From: Octopus vulgaris
Taxonomy: Eukaryota
Assembly: GCA_951406725.2 (NCBI GenBank)
Contig: OX597833.1
Coordinates: forward strand, 14,384,001-14,448,000
Length of the DNA stretch: 64,000 nt
Direction of reading: 5' to 3'
Shown: one piece after another, positions 37,035 through 50,841 of the stretch
Layout: each line of letters begins with the position of its first letter
Position numbering within the stretch: position 1 is the first letter of the stretch
Position numbers and translations under genes: made by a program
Notes under the pieces: model-generated
Databases searched by the model: none
What the model saw: the letters and a program-made list of their open reading frames with translations, nothing else
What the model was told of the DNA's origin: nothing

Positions 37035-37232
37035 AAAGCGCTTAGCAGCATTTTGCTCGTATTTACATTGCGAGTTCAAATTCCGCCGAGGTCGGCTTTG
37101 CCTTTCATCCTTTTGGGGTCGATAAATTAAGTACCAGTTACGCACTGGGGTCGCTATAATTGACTTAATCTGTCTGCCTGTCCTTGTTTGTCCTCTCTGT
37201 GTTTAGCCCCTTGTGGGTAGTAAAGAAATAGA
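37035..37232 (+). mobile_element. SINE family A monomer (degenerate relatives at ~2710-3020, 17365-17565, 24893-25050, 40000-40230, 42040-42440)
   Basis: gagttcaaattccgccgaggtcggctttgcctttcatcc domain. Confidence 0.75.
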
Positions 37233-37286
37233 TATAATAAGTAATAACTGAACACTGTAATTGAATTGCCCATCTCCTATAAAAAA

Positions 37287-37321
37287 TATAAATCGGCACG
37301 AACTTTCCGGACAACCCAATA
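37287..37321 (-). mobile_element. Solo left TIR of the same mariner family
   Basis: Reverse complement of 41448-41482. Confidence 0.8.
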
Positions 37322-37761
37322 CAATCATAGATTAATGTATGTGTGTGTTCGCCATTGTTTTTCTTATTTTATTTACTGTCACTCATTTAAGCTGTCGACC
37401 ATTAACTGATGTAGCACTCAATAAATTTCAAAACATAAGACTTACTTTTACAAGCAAAATGTTGCCTGTAATTTCGAATTTTCACATTGGTCTACGTTGT
37501 CACATTGTAAAGGTCTGAGACTTGTTTTTGTTTTTGTCTGTTGTATATCTGGCGAATATTTTGGTTGATTATAATCTGTGCAGTGCAAGTAAGTGTGGGT
37601 GTATTTGGAAGAAGTGATACATGAAATAAATGGAATTTTAACTGGGAAATAAAGAAATAAAGAAAAGTGTTAGTAAATATTTTGGAGTGGATAAAAAGAA
37701 AACAAATGCTAATTGAACTAAATGGAAATTTTGGATATTTAAATAAGCAGGACGAGTGGGC

Positions 37762-37802
37762 AGAAGGAGAAGAAGAAGAAGAAGAAGAAGAAGAAGAAGA
37801 AG

Positions 37803-37834
<32 letters not shown>

Positions 37835-38155
37835 GAAGTAGAAGGAAGAGAAGAAGAGGAAGGAAAAGAAAGAGAAGAGGAAGGAGAAGAAGATGAAGGA
37901 GAAGAAGAGGAAGAAGAAGAAGAGGAAGAAGAAGAGGAAGGAGAAGGGGAAGAAGACGGAGAGGGAGAAGAAGGAGAAGAAGAAGAAGGAAACGAAGAAG
38001 GAAAAAAAGAAGAAGCAGAAGAAGAAGAAGAAGAAGAAGAAGAAGAAGAAGAAGAAGAAGAAGAAGAAGAAGAAGAAGGAAAGGAAAGAGAAGATATTGA
38101 AGAAGAAGAAAGAAATTGAAGAAGAAGAAATTGAAGAACAAGAAGAAAAAGAAGA
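37762..38155. repeat. (GAA)n purine-rich microsatellite
   Basis: Direct inspection. Confidence 0.97.
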
Positions 38156-38451
38156 CGGTGCAATGAAGTATTAAGACTTGAATTAACTAACATCAGCCAT
38201 CGGACAAATGAATAATACCAATTTAGTAAAACATTAAATTTTGTATGCTTTTAATTCCAATGAAGTAGGATTTAGTTTTCTTTCTATCTAAACAACTCAG
38301 AATGCATAATATTAGAGATTTATAGTTCTTAATATAATTCTTCTACGGAGGCGTGATCTTTAAATGTCAAACCTGAAAATTATGCATCTACGAAACGAGC
38401 TATGAGCTATGAACTAGGTGCTGTTTATCGCTAAAGCAACTGATGTGACTA

Positions 38452-38534
<83 letters not shown>

Positions 38535-39023
38535 ACATACATACATACATACATACATACATACATACATACATACATACATACATACATGCGTACACAC
38601 ACATACAGATATATATATATCTTTTTTACCGTTTTCCTGTTTCAGCCATTAGACCGTGGCCATGATGGAGCACATTTTTTCTCTCAAATTTTTTCTCTCT
38701 TTTTTCTCTCCTTTTTCTCTCCTTGTTTCTCTCTTTGTTTTTTTACTGTGTCCCTTTCTGTAGAAGAGCTTAGGTTCGAAACGTAAAAGTCTTTTTCTAT
38801 TCCTGAGCGTTATACTAATACATCTGTTTGTTTTGTATACCACCTGTCTTCGTCTCTTGTTTTTTTCGTAAACTCTCCTTATATATATATATATATATAT
38901 ATATAAATATCACGTGATCACGTGACCGACCAGACCATCAGATGTTGCTACATATCGCTGGTCACAATGCGTTCGCATTGTTTTAGCCTTCGAATGACGC
39001 CGCCCCGCTGGCTAAGCGAGCAG

Positions 39024-39075
<52 letters not shown>

Positions 39076-39576
39076 AATTGAAAGACAGAATATGGAATAT
39101 ACGTGAATTTATTAAACACGACAGTTGTTTCGACACTTCTGGCAACGATCCCTCGCGGGTAGGACACTTAACGACTGGTTCAGGAACATCCGGTGGTGCA
39201 GATGTTTTTCATATATACATACATATGAATGCATGTATGTATGTATGTATGTATGTATGTATGTATGTATGTATGTATGTATGTATGTATGTATGTATGT
39301 ATTCAAGTAAAATCAAATTACTTTCAACCAGAGCGTAGGTTAACACTGAGGACCCGACATTTAAACTTATTTGTCTGTCGTGGGGGTGAAAATTGATATT
39401 ATGTCAGTTGTAGAATCCCAAATGACCATTTAAATGAATAGGGAAAAGTCAACCAATGAAGTTTAGTAATAATTCTTTTTACTATAGGTACAAGGACTGA
39501 GAATTTGGGGAAATGGGCAAGCATCAACCCCGGTACTCAACTAGTACATATTTTTTTATACCGAGGGGGTATAAAA

Positions 39577-39985
39577 GGAGTGGCTGTGTGGTAAGTAGCT
39601 TGCTAACCAACCACATGGTTCCGGGTTCAGTCCCACTGCGTGCCATCTTGGGCAAGTGTCTTCTACTATAGCCTCGGGCCGACCAAAGCCTTGTGAGTGA
39701 ATTTGGTAGACGGAAACTGAAAGAAGCCCGTCGTATATATGTATATATATATATGTGTGTGTATGTGTGTGTGTTTGTGTGTCTGTGTTCGTCCTCCTAG
39801 CATTGCCTGACAACCGATGCTGGTGTGTTTATGTCCCCGTCACTTAGCAGTTCGGCAAAAGAGACCGATAAAATAAGTACTGGGCTTACAAAGAATAAGT
39901 CCCGGGGTCGAGTTACTCGACTAAAGGTGGTGCTCCAGCATAGCTACAGTCAAATGACTGAAACAAGTAAAAGAGAAAAGAGAGA
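39577..39985 (+). mobile_element. SINE family B
   Basis: Consensus match. Confidence 0.87.
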
Positions 39986-40239
39986 AAAAGAGGGGGATGA
40001 AAGATGAATTTGAACTCAAAACATAAAGACGGACGAAATCGCCGCTTAGTATTTTGTTCAGCGTGCTGACGATTCCGCCATCTTAACGCCTTATTGAAAG
40101 CAATAATTATTAGTCTCAGATTTTGGCACGGGGCAGCAATTTCAGGGTATAGGGCAGGTCGATTATATTGACCTCAGTGTGCAGCTGGTACTTACTTTAT
40201 CGATCCCGAGTGATGAAAGGTAAAGCCTAGTGGATACAT

Positions 40240-40505
40240 ATGGCCTCGGTATTAGAGCAGCGGACTCACGATCGAGGGATCGCGGGTTCGAATCTCAGAC
40301 CGGGTGATGTGTGTGTTTATGAGCGAAACACCTCAACTTCACGCGACTCCGGCAGAAGGTAATGGCGAACTTCTGCTGACTCTTTCGCCACAACTTTCTC
40401 TCACTTTTCCTCCTGCATCTTGCAGCTCATCTGCAATGGACCGGCGTCCCGTCCGGGTTGGGAAACTATACGCCAAGGAAACCGGGAAACTGGCCTCGAG
40501 AAGGA
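40240..40505 (+). mobile_element. SINE with family C-like head and a third tail type
   Basis: Head tggcctcggtattagagcagcggactc...gggttcgaatc; tail ggaccggcgtcccgtccggg...aaccgggaaactggcc. Confidence 0.7.
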
Positions 40506-41449
40506 ACAAACAACAAACAGGAGGAGAGATTGCAACATATTCACATTGCACTGACTCCATAAGATTAAACACCATATTTTAATGTGTGTAGAATGATCTT
40601 GGGTTAAACGTTGATACGACAGAGATTGATTCTGTGCGGTACATTGATTCGGTCATCTCGGTAGCTGCAAGCCAGAAGATTGCCCACTCTACATTCACAC
40701 ATTCATATGAGAAAACACTATCGAAAAATATTCTCGGTGTCATATAGGAAAAAAAAAGCAAAGTCTATATATTTGCAATTTGAACTCAGAACATAAAGAT
40801 GAACGAAACGCCGCCAAGCATTTTGCCCAGCTTTCTTACAGAAATGCTTTAAACATTAAAATGAATTCTCTGAATATGAGACAGAGACTGAATTCATAAA
40901 ATATATTAATGCATACAAAACCAACATAGAAGATTCATATGAAATTAATAACTATGAGAATCGTAAACAATACAGCCAGAAAATTTCATTTACATAGACC
41001 AATATCACAGTTTACTATCTTTTTGTCACTGAATAATTCTTGATAATCACATGGATGATAAGGAAATTTCGTAATTTCTATTTGAAGAAATATTTTCGAA
41101 TTCTTCTGAAGATTTTCCGATAATTTGCTGTCGTCATTCAGAAGTTACGCCGAAACGTCATATTATCTTGCAGATATGCAGTTATATGTTTTCTAAGACA
41201 TTTCAGTATCATCCAATTAGATTTTGATTCGACAAGCTTTTTTTTCTGGGTGACATTTTCATCCTCACTGACGAAGGATTTTACAAACTAGGAAAGTAAA
41301 AACAAAGGGAAATAAATTTACACGGTTATTTTCTGCCAGGGATGAATACTAAACAAGAAACAGCATTCGCTGTCCTTACACATTAAATTCTGACAAGGGT
41401 GAGAGCTAACTTTTATAAAGCCTCTCTTATGTTGCAACGGAAAGAAATA

Positions 41450-42014
41450 TTGGGTTGTCCGGAAAGTTCGTGCCGATTTATAGTAGCTTACCTTTCTACT
41501 TATTTTAGAATATGGTTGAGTCCATAGAATAGGATTTGACTACATCTCCGTTTAGAGCACAGTTTAAGCTATCTTTTCGTGGAAGAAGGTTTATGTTCCA
41601 ATAACCTGTGTTAATTCTGTAACCCTTTAAAATGGAAGATAAGAAAGTTCATTTTCGGCACTTGATGCTTTGGGAACCAGACAAAAATTTGCTGCAGCTC
41701 GGCTGGGATGTGTTACCACACCCTCCATGTTTACCAGATATTGCTCCTTCGGATTTCCACTTATTCAGGTCTCTACAGAATAGTCCGAATGGTAAAAATT
41801 TCAATTCTTCGGATGACGTTAAAAGATACCTTAATGAATTCTTTGCCATGAAACCACCTCAATTCTGGAAAGAGGGTATTTTCAAGTTAAAGGAAAGTTA
41901 GAGACGCACTGTGCAACAAAATAGTTCATATTTGGTTGTTTAAAAATGTAATGGCAAATATCTATTGACCTTTTTCTTTCCTTTAAAATCGGCACGAACT
42001 TTCCGACAACCCAA
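41450..42014 (+). mobile_element. Internally deleted mariner transposon with both TIRs and TA target-site duplication
   Basis: TIRs ttgggttgtccggaaagttcgtgccgattt / aaatcggcacgaactttccgacaacccaa flanked by TA. ORF 41632-41901 fuses the N-terminus (MEDKKVHFRHLMLW) to the C-terminus (GWDVLPHPP..PDIAPSDFHLFRSLQN). Confidence 0.93.
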
Positions 42015-42456
42015 TAGTTAACTATATCACAATTAATTGTAAGGCGGTGGGCTTCCAGGTTCGGTAGCATGTCGGACAAAATGCTTAGCAGCATTTTCTC
42101 CGTCTTTAGGTTCAGGTCTAAATTCCGCCGAGGTTATCTTTGATTTTCCTCCTTTCTGGGTGGATAAAGTAAATAGCAGTCAATGTAATTGATTTCCCTC
42201 CTCCCTCGAAATTTCTGCCTCTCTGCAAAAATTTGAAAGCAACGTTACTGATCCTTGCAAGGCAGCCATCTGACAAATTTGTTTATCACAACGATATTTC
42301 ATCCGTCTTCACGATCTGAGTTTAAAAGCCGGCGGCGTTGACTTTGTCTTCCATTCTTTCGGAATCGATAAAGCAAGGACCAGTTGAATATTGAGATCGA
42401 TGTAATCATGGCGTTGTGCCAAATTTGGAAACCAATATTACTTGTAATGGATGGGA

Positions 42457-42852
42457 TGGAAGCACTCCATCGGTTACGACGACGAGGGTTCCGGTTGATC
42501 CGATCAACGGAACAGCCTGCTCGTGAAATTAACGTGTAAGTGGCTGAGCACTCCACAGACACGTGTACCCTTAACGTAGTTCTCGGGGATATTCAGCGTG
42601 ACACAGAGAGTGACACAGAGAGTGACGAGGCCGGCCCTTTGAAATACAGGTACAACAGAAACAGGAAGTAAGAGTGAGAGAAAGTTGTGGTGAAAGAGTA
42701 CAGCAGGGATCACCACCATCCCTTGCCGGAGCCGCGTGGAGCTTTAGGTGTTTTCGCTCAATAAATACTCACAACGCCCGGTCTGGGAATCGAAACCGCG
42801 ATCCTACGATCGCAAGTCCGCTGCCCTAACCACTGGGCCTTTGCGCCTCCAC
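42457..42852 (-). mobile_element. SINE family C
   Basis: Consensus match with a 12 bp internal duplication. Confidence 0.9.
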
Positions 42853-44064
42853 TATTACAAGTAATACCGATGATACTTTGTTGTGAAGTACTGCCTTTCG
42901 TCGCACCTCTCACAACACCAGTGAAACTGCTTCTCATCAAGCTGAAAGTATAGAGCTGAGTAAAGAACTGTAGTTTAAATAAACTGTGCGCACTGATTAG
43001 TATAACCCATTCTGATATATATATAATTCTAGAGTCAAGACTATTGAAAAGGTTGCAAGACGCACCAAAAATTTTAGGAAAATACAAAGAAATTAGTGGA
43101 AATTTTACCGGTGAGTGTATTAAATTATAAGGCATAAAAAGAAAATGACTCTCCTCAGACACAACTGAATAATTTTAGTAATTTATACTAGTAAATACCT
43201 CTAGTCTGGCTCATGTAACCAAAAAGATGTCAAGTGCAGCCCGCATTTTAAAATGGAATTTGTTGATTTGCTCAAATTTGGTGGCAGAAATAATTCGAAA
43301 TTGTCTCTGCGTGCCTGACTGCGCACAGTTTTAGTAAAAGTCAGCCGCTAGTGGACTTTCCTACGGAAGACTAGATACGTAATGTTCTACTTCCAGAACT
43401 ATTTAAGTGACACTTCTTTAGAGGAAGCGCCACCCTTGGAATAATTCCTTGTGTAAACAAAATTCTTAAGTTACGTAGATCTATGTTTTTACTGAGATAT
43501 AAATCGTATGGATTTTTTTACAGTTGGAAAGAGGTGATTATGTGTAAAAGGAAGCATTCATATTTATTTGGCAAGCATAAACAAGGCGTGTGTTTTGACA
43601 AAGAAAAATAAAATAAAATAAATCAATAAATAACGATAAATAATGTTTTTCGAACAAGAGTTGAAATCAATGAGAACCAGGAGCAACTAATGAATTTAAG
43701 AAAAATTAAATCATAAATCAACATTTTTCATATGCAACCATCTTAGGTTAAAAAATAATACAAAAATAAACCAATGTTTTTAAATAACAGAAAGAGTACA
43801 TCATCACATGTGTTATGCTTTTCGAGTAAAAATAAAATCCAAAATTACAGTTAATATAAAAATATAAGCGTAAAACTTTTCTGCTCAGGAAAAAATAATA
43901 AATAAAACAATTGCCGTAATTCTTCGCAAACCTCATCATATTTTACAAGAACAATAAAAAAATAACTAAACTAACTCTTAATTTTTAGCTCTAAATTTAA
44001 TAGAAAAGGAAAATGTCTTTTTAGCTTTAAATTTATTAGAAAAGGAAAAATCTCTTTTTTGTTT

Positions 44065-45560
44065 CAGGGAAGTTGGCCTTTAATGGAATGGAAGAAGATT
44101 TGGAATGTTTAATGATGGAAGCCACTGTTTATTTTTGCACAATGAACCAAATCTCGGTGCAATATTTGTAAATGCTGGTCCAAAGGCGATTTCTAAATCC
44201 TGGAACGATTTTTAAAAAAGTTAAAGCCACTCAACAACGAAAACGTTGATTTGCATAAATACGTTGTTTTACTAGACAAAAGTGTTTCAAATTTAAACCG
44301 GAAAATAAGAATTTTAAGCGGAAACCCCCATGCCAAAATGCATTTAAAGTTTTCACAAGAAATTCAAGCCTGCAATTTGAATTGGTCGAAAGTTCTGCAT
44401 ATCTGTTCTGAGTTGTTAATGGCGGATGATTTTATGCTCGCTACTTCAGCTGTGAATGACTTGTGAAACGAATCTAATTGGTTATGATTTAATTTTGGCC
44501 ACAACTATTTCTAAAATTTTTCCTTCTGGACTTTGCAAATAATCAATTATCATTTGCTTGATCAAATGAAAATTCAGTGCGTTTTCAAAATTGCATCATT
44601 TGTATACGGAAACATTCTTAATTCATCATTTTCTGTTTTGCCTTTTCATATATTTATTATTTTTTTTATTATTGAAAGCTTGTATTTTAGATTTAATTTG
44701 AAAATATTGGTTTCCCCTCCTTGTCGAAACATTTTAAGTTCATTAAGTTTTCTAGAAACATCAAATGAATTGCTTAATTTACATAATCAATCTTCTTTGT
44801 GAAACAAATTAGCAAAATCTGAATTTTGCACTGACAGGAATATTATGTCATTTTAACAAATTTTAATAACCGTTTCAAAAATTGTCCAGTTGAGAGACAC
44901 TACACTTCCGTTTTCAATAATGTTTGCTGAAATTGGATTTGCGAAGAGGCGACTATTTAGTGTACAAGTTTATAAAAGTTAATAATTAAACTACGTCTTG
45001 TAATACTGTATTCCGAGCAGCAGCAATTTTGTTAGAATCTAATACCTCTCGTAAATCATGTGCTAAGTGAAAATAGGAATTTCGCTAACAGATATGACTT
45101 TAACTTGAAATCAAGCTTTCATTCGTCCCATTGCTGCCTGCCATTCTTTATTACACATTCCAAATATTCTTCCATTCAATTAAAGGCCTACTTCTCTGAA
45201 ACAAAAGAGACTCTTGTGAAAATCATTTCCGCTGAGCTACGCCCATAACACAATTGACAGATCAACAAGCCTACGTGGACACTATTCTCGTAACAATGCC
45301 TGATATATCCCGATAATTGTTCTGAGTTACTAATGTTAGCCATTTTACGCATTGGAATTGTATAATAATAAAATTCACCCAATAAGTTCATGGAATCGGC
45401 TATCTTCTAAAACACGGCTACCAACAGTAATATTTCACTGTGAGACCTTCGTTAATTCATCTTCAAATTTTTGCTGTGAAGAATGTATTTAATTTTAATC
45501 GCTGCTGGTAACACAATGTCTTCATCGATGACTTTTTAAAAATTTTGCTCTTGAAATTAA
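44065..45560 (-). pseudogene. Decayed hAT Buster/Charlie-type (ZBED5/8-like) transposase
   Basis: Remnants in correct order: IDEDIVLPAA (TIAEELILPAA-like), QAAMGR..FQVKV..IFT*HMI (DGAAAMxG / THCxIH-like), TTYLCKSTFS..KNRSR (hAT dimerisation). Many stops and frameshifts. Confidence 0.72.
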
Positions 45561-45601
45561 TTAAACAACTTTAATTTAATTATGTCTATAGTATAAATAC
45601 G

Positions 45602-45978
45602 TGGAGGCGCAATGACCCAGTGGTTAGGGCAGCGGACTCGCGGTCATAGGATCGCGGTTTCGATTCCCAGACCGGGCGTTGTGAGTGTTTATTAAACGAA
45701 AACACCTAAAGCTCCACGACGCTCCGGCAGGGGATGGTGGTGATCCCTGCTGTACTCTTTCACCACAACTTTCTCTCACTCTTACTTCCTGTTTCTGTTG
45801 TATTTCAAAGGCCGGCCTTGTCACTCTCTGTGTCACGCTGAATAGCCCCGAGAACTACGTTAAGGGTACACGTGTCTGTGGAGTGCTCAGCCACTTACAC
45901 GTTAATTTCACGAGCAGGCTGTTCCGTTGATTCGGATCAACCGGAACCCTCGTCGTCGTAACCGACGGAGTGCTTCCC
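45602..45978 (+). mobile_element. SINE family C
   Basis: Consensus match; TSD agtataaatac. Confidence 0.9.
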
Positions 45979-46107
45979 AGTATAAATACACTTCTCGAGA
46001 CAATGCTTCTCTTAACCGAAATATTATGATAGGTTTTTCAAAATGTTCCTCCTGAATTTCGAAAATCGGAGAGATGCCTTGAATCAAAATATTTCAATTA
46101 TAGGTAT

Positions 46108-46652
46108 AGACACAGGCGTGGCCGTGTAGTAAGAAGCTTGCCTCCCATCATCATGTTTGCAGGTTCAGTCCCACTGCGTGGCAACTTGGGCAGTTGTCAT
46201 GAGTGGATTTTCTAGACAAGCTGAAAGAAACCCATCGCATCTTTATGTGTGTGTGTGTGTGTGTTGTTGTTGTTAAGCAACAAGACGGGTAAGGGTGATT
46301 AGGTGTTGGTCTAGGGCTTAGGGGCGGGAGACCCCAGACCCTGGAAAAAAACACTTTGGTCGTCTTGTTGTTGTCGAGGGCTCTTCGTTGACGCCTGATA
46401 CCACTGGGAGGTGGTCCTCGAAGTCGCTGGAAATGGAGATCTCGAGGTCCAAATTCTTGAAAGGCTGTGTGTGTCCGCTTGACAACCGATGTTTTTGTGT
46501 TTACGTCCCCGAAACTTAGCAGTACACCAAAAAACCGATGAATGAATACTAGGTTTACAAAGAATAAGTCCCAGGGTCGATTTGTCGGACTAAAAGCAGT
46601 GTTCCAGCATGGCCGCTGTCAAATGACTGAAACAAGTAAAAGAATATAAGAA
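46108..46652 (+). mobile_element. SINE family B interrupted by a ~200 bp insertion in its (GT)n
   Basis: Head 46108-46245, foreign segment ~46262-46466, tail 46475-46652. Confidence 0.75.
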
Positions 46653-46844
46653 TATGGGTTTCATTCTTTCAATGGCAACGTAATCATAACAAATTAAGCA
46701 GATAGGTGTAAGTTCATTATGTTTGTAATTAAAAGTAAGTCCATATTGCAAATTTGATTCGTTACATTTCCTGTATTTGGTGACATTTTGGTATCAATTT
46801 GTTTTAACACAATATAATCCATTTAGAACAATTTCATTTAAAAC

Positions 46845-47622
46845 GGCGGCGAGCTGGCAGAAACGTTAGCACGCCGGGCAAAATTCGTAGCCGTATTTCG
46901 TCTGCCGTTACGTTCTGAGTTCAAATTCCGCCGAGGTCGACTTTGCCTTTCATCCTTTCGGGGTCAAAAGTACCAGTTACGCACTAGGGTTGATGTAATC
47001 GACCAACTCAGTTTGTCTGTCCTTGTTTGTCCTCTCTGTGTTTAGCCCCTTGTGGGTATTAAAGAAAAAAGTATTTCGTCTGCCGCTTCGTTCTGAGTGC
47101 AACTTCCGTCGAGGTCGACTTTGCCTTTCACATTTCGGGGTCGAAAGTACCAGTTACGCACTGGAGTCGTTGTAATCGACCAACTCAGTTTGTCTGTACT
47201 TGTTTGTCCCTTCTGTATTTAAGCCCCTTGTGGGTAGCAAAGAAATAAGTATTTCGTCTGCCGTTACGTTCTGAGTTTAAATTCCGCCGACGTCGACTTT
47301 GCTTTTCTTCCTTTCGGGGTCGATGAATTAAGTACCAGTTACGCACTGGGGTCGATATAATCGACTTAATCCGTTTGTCTGTCCTTGTTTGTCCCCTCTG
47401 TGTGTAGCCCCTTGTGGGTAGTAAAGAAGTAGAAACTTTAGCACGCCGGGCGAAATGCTTTTAGGTATTTCGTCTGTCTTTGCGTTCAAATTCCGCCGAG
47501 GTCGGCTTTCCCTTTCAGCCTCTTCGTGTCGATAAATTAAGTATCAGTTCCGTACTGGAGTCGATCTCATCAACTGGTCCCTTCCCACAAAATTTCGGGC
47601 CTTGTCCCTAGTGTAGAAAAGA
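46845..47622 (+). mobile_element. SINE family A, three units plus an adjacent related monomer
   Basis: Same consensus repeated. Confidence 0.85.
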
Positions 47623-47992
47623 ATAATTTCATACAAAGTTTGAATCGAAATAATTTGTTTTAATTCTTATAATTATTAATAGTATTCACTTATCATTTCA
47701 GAATACTGCTAATTAATTTTAATCCAATTTTAATATTATTTCAGAACAACCACTTTTGTTCACACCTTTCTCCAAAATATACGATAACGCGCGTATAATG
47801 CTAAAAAGCCTTCTTATCGCGTTTCTCTAAATTTTCAATAGTGCAACTTCACCTCACGGCTTAAACACCTATCCGTCCACCACTCCCCACATATGTATAT
47901 GTATATGTATATATATATATGTTATATATATGTATTTATATATATACATATATATATGTATATATATACATACATATATATATGTATATATC

Positions 47993-48049
<57 letters not shown>

Positions 48050-48057
48050 CTATATAC

Positions 48058-48117
<60 letters not shown>

Positions 48118-48150
48118 CTATATACATATATATATATGTATATATCTCAT

Positions 48151-48192
<42 letters not shown>

Positions 48193-48602
48193 AAGCGTAA
48201 GTAGCTTTAAGCGGTCTCATGTTTTATTCTAATCCAAAATGCATAATGCAAAAAAACTTCCTATTAAATTGCAAATTAAAACAACTTCGATAAAACTCGA
48301 ATAGACGAAGGTAAATGTCTAATTAAAAGTACAGTGCTTTTCCATTATCTGAAATCATTCGGAAGGAAAGTTTCGCTTTAGCTGCTCCGAAATCACGTGA
48401 ATTTAACATTAAATTAAGAAACGATGTTATTATTGTAATATGATAGAATTATTTTCTGTTATTTGTTTACATTTTAACTTTTTTGCAATTTAAATTTGTG
48501 AATTCACTTGCGAATATTTAGTTCTTCGGGGAAAACAGCAATTCAAGAGATGTTCCAAATTGCTTTCGCTAACTTCCTTAAATTTGTATGTACTCCCCTA
48601 GG

Positions 48603-48951
48603 GTAGGGGTTCTGAACCATTCTTTAAATATGGATCCCTTTGATTGCTATTTCATGTTGGTGGATCTCCATTGCCATTCCATGTTTAAAAACTAGTTTTA
48701 TAGAAACTCCTTTCAAAATTCCTATTTTGGTTTTCAGACCTTCACTTGCACAACTTAAACTATGTAAAATATTAGAGAAAGGAACCAATCTATTTCTTGC
48801 AATACATACTAATACACACATATAAAAAATTTTTTTTCAACTGCCCTTAAATTATTATTGCAGATCATCAATTTAATATTTTGCTGCGTGGACCGACAAC
48901 ATTTTTTTATGGACACTCAGGGGGCTATATGAACCCCGGTTGAGAACTATT
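48603..48951. mobile_element. hAT-like MITE
   Basis: Termini gtaggggttctgaacc / ggttgagaactattg. A related degenerate copy at ~3719-4420 is interrupted by a SINE. Confidence 0.5.
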
Positions 48952-49219
48952 GCCCTAAGTTGTTACAATCTTTGACAAAAGTGTTATCTGGGTTGTGTTG
49001 CCGCTTGGATAATTGCTGATACTTTGATAATTATAATTAAGAAATCCATAAGGTAATGCATTTATAAAAGCGCAATGATAGGAGGAAGACGATTTTGATT
49101 CCTTACTATAAACTTTATACCTAAGAAAAATACATTAGCAACATTTGTGGGTCAGTTACCTGTGAAAACCTAATGGTCACATTTACATGAAGTTGATTTG
49201 TATACGAATTTATAGAGAA

Positions 49220-49615
49220 CTAGCAGTATCGCCCGGCGTTGCTCGGGTTTGTAAGGGAAATAACTATATAAGCATTTTTAGAGATGTAAAGTATAATAGC
49301 CATCTCAATATGGCTAACCACAAAGGAAGGGGGGTTACTGTAGCTTTTTACGTTCTGAGATTTAATAATAAATTTTTAGAGAGTTACTTCCCGTATATAT
49401 GCCAAAAATGCATTAAAAATGGGAAAAATTGATGGTAAATTTTTTTTTAAATCTTAGACTCATCGTAGACGCGCGCTAATACCCAGAAGGGCTCGATATG
49501 AATCACGACAATAAGATACCCGGTTTGGGTTAAACTGCACCGCAAAATGTGGGAGTAGTTAGGAATCTAAATCGTAGGAGACAGACAGCACACAACCTCT
49601 CTTTTATATATAAAA
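49220..49615 (-). mobile_element. Non-autonomous Helitron
   Basis: Minus strand ends cccgagcaacgccgggcgatactgCTAG; body shared with 17925-18327. Confidence 0.8.
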
Positions 49616-49772
49616 ATATACACAAAGACATACAGGAAGTAAATAGATGCCTTTAATTTTCAAAATTTCTGATCTAAGCGTCTTAATATGTTTTCAGCGG
49701 TGTAGAATTTACAATGCAATTATTCTTTTTCATTCCAGGTGCCATTGTATTAAGCATTTGCGAAGAGTAACT

Positions 49773-49910
49773 ATGCCACGCACAAAAAATTCAGCAGAAC
49801 TCTCAGATTTTCAAAGGGGTCGTATTGTTGTGCAATCTGAGGCTGATCTGAGCCAGCGAAAAATTGCTGAATATCTTCCTCTTCTACTCTAATAGAATCA
49901 TAGTGCAATG
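49773..49910 (+). pseudogene. Tc1-like transposase N-terminal HTH remnant
   Basis: MPRTKNSAELSDFQRGRIVVQSEADLSQRKIAE...PLSTxNRIIVQ resembles the Tc1-family paired-like HTH. Confidence 0.65.
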
Positions 49911-50058
49911 AGTTTGCAGCTTAGAACTTTAAGGTTCCTCTTTCTACTGCTAATAGAATCATAGTGCAATGAGTTTGCAGCTTAGAACTTTAAGGTTCCT
50001 CTTTCTACTGCTAATAGAATCATAGTGCAATGAGTTTGCAGCTTAGAACTTTAAGGTT
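49878..50058 (+). repeat. Three tandem copies of a ~61 bp unit
   Basis: ctaatagaatcatagtgcaatgagtttgcagcttagaactttaaggtt present three times, nearly identical. Confidence 0.95.
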
Positions 50059-50285
50059 GAAATATACTTTGCGTTATATCATCCTCATCTTTCGGAATGC
50101 GTTGAGCCAAGAATTGCTCTGAATGTCATCCTGCGACCTCCGATTCACTTCATCGCTCAAAATTCAGTTCCCAAAATATTGAGCTTAATCGATTATTTGA
50201 GAAATGGGAAAATCTTTCACTGATCCTACAATAAATTTATAAATTGCTGAATTCTTATTTCCTCTCAGCTGCTATAAATATATAT

Positions 50286-50841
50286 CTCTTTATTGCCCAC
50301 AAGGGGCTAAACATGGAGGGAACAAACAAGGACAGACAAAGGGATTAAGTCGATTACATCGACCCCAGTGCATAACTGGTACTAAACTTATCGACCCTGA
50401 AAGGATGAAAGGCAAAGTCGAAATACCTATTTCTTTATTACCCACAAGAGGCTAAACACAGAGAGGACAAACAAGGGCAGACAAAGGGATTAAGTCGATT
50501 ACATCGACCTCAGTGCGTAACTGGTACTTAATTTATCGACCCCGAAAGGATGAAGGTAAATCCGACCTCGGCGGAATTTGAACTCAGAACGTAACGGCAG
50601 ACGAAATACCTATTTCTTTACTACCCACAAGGGGCTAAACACAGAGAGGACAAACAAGGACAGACACACGGATTAAGTCCATTATATCGACCCCAGTGCA
50701 TAATTGGTACTTAATTTATCGACCATGAAAGGATGAAAGGCAAAGTCGACCTCGGCGGAATTTGAACTCAGAGCGTAACGGCAGACGAAATACGGCTACG
50801 CATCTCGCCCGGCGTGCTTACGATTCTGGCAGCTGACCGCC
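50286..50841 (-). mobile_element. SINE family A, three units
   Basis: Same consensus repeated, one unit internally deleted. Confidence 0.85.

Noticed and set aside
37492-38193. Poly-E/K/S/L ORFs
   Set aside because: (GAA)n microsatellite, open in several frames on both strands.
39115-39200. GAAAC-AACT-GTC half-motif (similar half-motifs at ~34980 and ~60570-60610)
   Set aside because: 5' core missing or mutated; cannot be called a ribozyme from this copy alone.
41104-41300. CTGAAGA...GAAACGTC and CTGACGA...GAAAG hammerhead-like words
   Set aside because: No convincing stem I or II pairing.
45602-45680. tRNA-Arg-like sequence
   Set aside because: SINE head lacking a proper acceptor stem and continuing into the SINE body; not a tRNA gene.
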